Both the position numbers and the translations under genes were made by a program. From Hyalangium minutum (GTDB lineage Bacteria; Myxococcota; Myxococcia; Myxococcales; Myxococcaceae), in NCBI RefSeq assembly GCF_000737315.1, contig NZ_JMCB01000013.1:414919-478918 (forward strand): 64,000 bases of DNA, in the 5' to 3' direction. Shown here one piece after another: positions 61,364-64,000 of this stretch (the first letter of the stretch is position 1; every line of letters begins with the position of its first letter). The notes beneath the pieces are model-generated. The model saw only the letters and a list, made by a program, of their open reading frames with translations. It was not told where the DNA came from and ran no database searches.

Positions 61364-61780
61364 TTATATTGGCTTATTGGCCTTTGCGTATGGCATTATT
61401 TTTTTGGCGTCGGGATACCGGAAGATGAGTGCAGCAAACGCATCTCTCTCCCAACAAGTTCCCTCATACGCCCCGCCAGGCGTCAAAGTCTTGCCATTAA
61501 CAACAAGCGCATTGAGCGGTGGGAGGTGGTTCGCCATGCAGAATCGAGCGATCTCTCCCAAATAGCGCCCAAGTTTAATTGGAGGCGCATTTACCCCAGC
61601 AGCACTTCTGATTCTACCGTAAGTCGTCAGTCGTTTGGGTATCCTCTCAGGACGATAGGTCCTCCGAAAGACGAGCCGATTTTTCGACTGATGCCGCAAT
61701 AGCGCTCGGAGCAACTTCCGGGCAGTCAGGGATATCGGCACTCGTCTCAATTTTCTCTCTGGCTTGGCTGTGCCTTCCAT
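61364..61780 (-). CDS. Basic hypothetical protein with an HTH-like TYG...LG...LPPLNALVVN pattern
   Basis: 138-aa ORF, co-oriented and upstream of the TIR gene, in the low-GC block. Confidence 0.6.
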   Translation of the reverse strand: MEGTAKPERKLRRVPISLTARKLLRALLRHQSKNRLVFRRTYRPERIPKRLTTYGRIRSAAGVNAPPIKLGRYLGEIARFCMANHLPPLNALVVNGKTLTPGGAYEGTCWERDAFAALIFRYPDAKKIMPYAKANKPI

Positions 61781-61995
61781 CGCAGTGGCTCCATCGGAAG
61801 AACGAATGACCTCAAGATAGAAAGGCTATCCCACCCCTGCAAGGCGCTTCTATGGCATATGCATGAATCCTAACATGGCAGGTAAACACCGATGAATTCC
61901 GGCAACTTGGGATGTCAACAAACTCATGGCCTTCTCTCTGCGGCCTCTTCGTGTCCCCTTCGATGTCTCATGGAGACAAACCTGCCGAAGAGGAC

Positions 61996-62629
61996 CTAGC
62001 CCGGATCGGTCACACCGAGGACGGACGAAGGGAGAGTGTCTCTGCGTAGCCTGACGGTGGCAGCTGGAGATGCCTTGGGAGTGTTCTGGCTTGGTCGCCA
62101 AGCAAGGCTCGGCCCCCTCCGGCCGGAGGGGGGCCTGCGCCAAGTTGTCAAAGAGCGGCGGACGTCAGGAGGAGGCGGCGGGTACGGCGAGAAACTGCTG
62201 GGTAATGCGTGCAAACACCTCGTCTGGATGGATGGCGCACCCGTAGCGCCGCTCCAGGTGGGCGGCCAGCATTGCCACCGTCCAGGTGTGGGTGGAGTAG
62301 CCCCAGTCCGAGGGTGGGCAGCTGAGTTCTTGGAAGATGAGTTCGGCGGTGATGCGAGCTGCTGCCGGGGGACGTCCGCTACGAGGCGCATCTCGCAGTG
62401 CCTCGACTTGCCGTGCCCGCAGGTACCGTTCGAGCCAGAAGTACACCGCAGCTCGGCTCATCCCGGTCACCTGCGCCGCTTCGGCCAGCGTACGGCCCTC
62501 GGCCACGAGGAGCAGAGCCTGGGCGCGCCGTTACACGCGCACATCCTCGGCCTGTCGAAGTGCTTGCCGAAGACGTGCTCGATCATGCCCGCTCAGCCCT
62601 CGCTGGGTGGGGCCTCGTCCCTTCTGCAT
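61996..62629 (-). mobile_element. Degenerate IS630-family transposase HTH part (pseudogene)
   Basis: Frame from ATG 62629 reads ARLRQALRQAEDVRV*RRAQALLLVAEG...RSGRPP...WTVAMLAAHL, with an in-frame TAA at 62531-62533. No DDE domain is visible. Confidence 0.8.
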
Positions 62630-62756
62630 CCACCCAATCTAGGCCCCGCCCCGCTATTGTGTCAGGAACTTTTGCCTACCCACTTAGCTAGGAGGCAGTC
62701 TCTGTCCTGGTTCATCGGAATACGCCGTACACTGCGGCTTGCATCAGACGCGTGGT

Positions 62757-62835
62757 GGTTCCGACCAGTCGGAAGCAGGAGCACGCCGGTTCCGACCAGT
62801 CGGAAGCATGTGCACGTCGGTTCCGAACAGTACGA
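62757..62835. repeat. 2.5 tandem copies of a 31-nt unit with an internal palindrome
   Basis: GGTTCCGACCAGTCGGAAGCA(GGA/TGT)GCACG(C/T)C at 62757 and 62788; degenerate copy at 62819. Core TTCCGAC-CA-GTCGGAA. Confidence 0.9.
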
Positions 62836-62855
62836 TTGAAAATTACGTTCGGGGG

Positions 62856-63488
62856 CTACGGTGCTGGGGGCAGCTCGTCTAGGTGCGCTAGGTGCTCCTC
62901 GGCGGCACGGCGGTATCTCGGGACGACCTCCACGGCGAGCCAGTCGCGGATCTGCTGGCGTGCCCCTGCGAGATCTCCAGCATCTCGGAGTTCCGTCATC
63001 CGGTACATGGCGCTCTTAAGCCGGTCTGAGGCATCACGGAGGCGCCCCATGATCTGCCCGAGAAGCACCCCAGCAATCTCAGGGCTGGCTAGCGCCGGCT
63101 CCGTCTCGGCCTCGCTCATGCCCACGTCAGCGGCGGACCGTCGGAGGAAGGCGCGCATCCCCTCGTTGAGTTCCAGAGGCTGCCCTCGCTGGACACGGTG
63201 CAGAAGAATGGGAAGCTGCGCCCGGTCGGAGAGCTTCGGATCTGGCTGTCCGCTCGCGACAACGGCCTTGAGCCGGGTTGCCTCGCGAAGCTCAGATTCG
63301 GCTATCCTCCGGTAGTGCGGAACGACCTCAACGGCGAGCACCTTTTCCATCTGTCTGCGCGCGCCGTCCAGGTCCCCAGCATCCCGCAGGCGATACGCGC
63401 GGGTTTGAGCCCGTCCGAGTCGATGTGAGCCCTCATCGATGCGGCGCCTGATCTCTCCCAGCAGCGTTGCGGCCGTGGGCACACTGCT
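62856..63488 (-). pseudogene. Tandem DUSAM-domain protein, 5'-truncated by IS5
   Basis: Two repeats of RL...Y/M R..LRDAGDL.GAR.Q....LAVEVVP.YRR.AE. The frame begins mid-domain (SSVPTAATLL) at the IS edge. Confidence 0.8.
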
Positions 63489-63489
63489 T

Positions 63490-64000
63490 AGTGCCTATCT
63501 CGGTAGGGAAGAAAAGACCCTACCTGATGGGTTACAAGGTGAAGGAGGAAGATTCGGGTGGGAATAGCGAAGAGAGATGACGGCTGAAGGATGCCAGAGG
63601 AACTGTGGGCCAAGATAGAGCCCCTGCTGCCGCCCAGGCCGCCGCATCCACTAGGGTGCCATAACCCGAGAGTGCCGGACCGGTCCGCCATGGAAGCCAT
63701 CCTGCTGGTGCTACGCACGGGGATGCAGTGGCACGCGTTGAAAGCCACCGGCCTGTGCCATCCGTCCTCGGCCTACCGCAGGTTTCGTGAATGGCTGTCG
63801 GCCGGAGTGTTCTCGGAGTTCTGGCGCTTGGGGTTGGTGGCGTACGACGCTCTGGTGGGCATTGACTGGCAGTGGATGAGCGTGGACGGGGCGATGACTA
63901 AAGCTCCGCTGGGAGGGCAGAAGACCGGCCCCAACCCGACCGACCGCGCCAAGACGGGCACCAAGAGGAGTCTGCTGACCGATGGGCGCGGAGTTCCGTT
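63490..64000 (+). mobile_element. IS5-family element, transposase 5' part with an early nonsense codon (runs off the window)
   Basis: GTG 63558 MGIAKRDDG*RMPEELWAKIEPLLP...VLRTGMQWHAL...SVDG...DRAKTGTKRSLLTDGRGVP; TGA at 63585-63587. Confidence 0.88.

Noticed and set aside
62757-62835. Possible mini-CRISPR array
   Set aside because: The units are directly adjacent with no unique spacers, and there are no cas genes in the window.

Overview
GC-rich myxobacterial chromosomal segment (Archangiaceae-like, judged from MYXO-CTERM, DUSAM and the expanded Ser/Thr kinase family). It has a housekeeping/secretome core bounded by three accessory zones. Left (1-6.4 kb): the end of a type I restriction subunit (HsdR) and a truncated defence-island gene, facing a minus-strand cassette of a catalytically dead trypsin paralog, an active trypsin lipoprotein, a receptor-like Ser/Thr kinase, a 32-Cys exported protein and a broken DUSAM gene, with kinase 5' remnants upstream. 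Core (6.4-52.5 kb): stress genes (btuE, VOC, ECF sigma), an EF-G paralog with a candidate leader peptide, dbpA, a DExH helicase with permuted motif order, a complete fructose PTS operon, two PAS kinases, tandem small paralogs, secreted hydrolases, an MltF-like enzyme and envelope-modifying enzymes. Right (52.5-64 kb): a PARIS-type ATPase/TOPRIM pair, an IS66 remnant, ATL, a LOG-family protein, deoD, a nucleotidyltransferase, a low-GC TIR island, a dead IS630, a palindromic 31-nt tandem repeat and an IS5-truncated DUSAM gene. No rRNA, tRNA or CRISPR array was seen. All family assignments come from motif recognition by eye; no database was searched.
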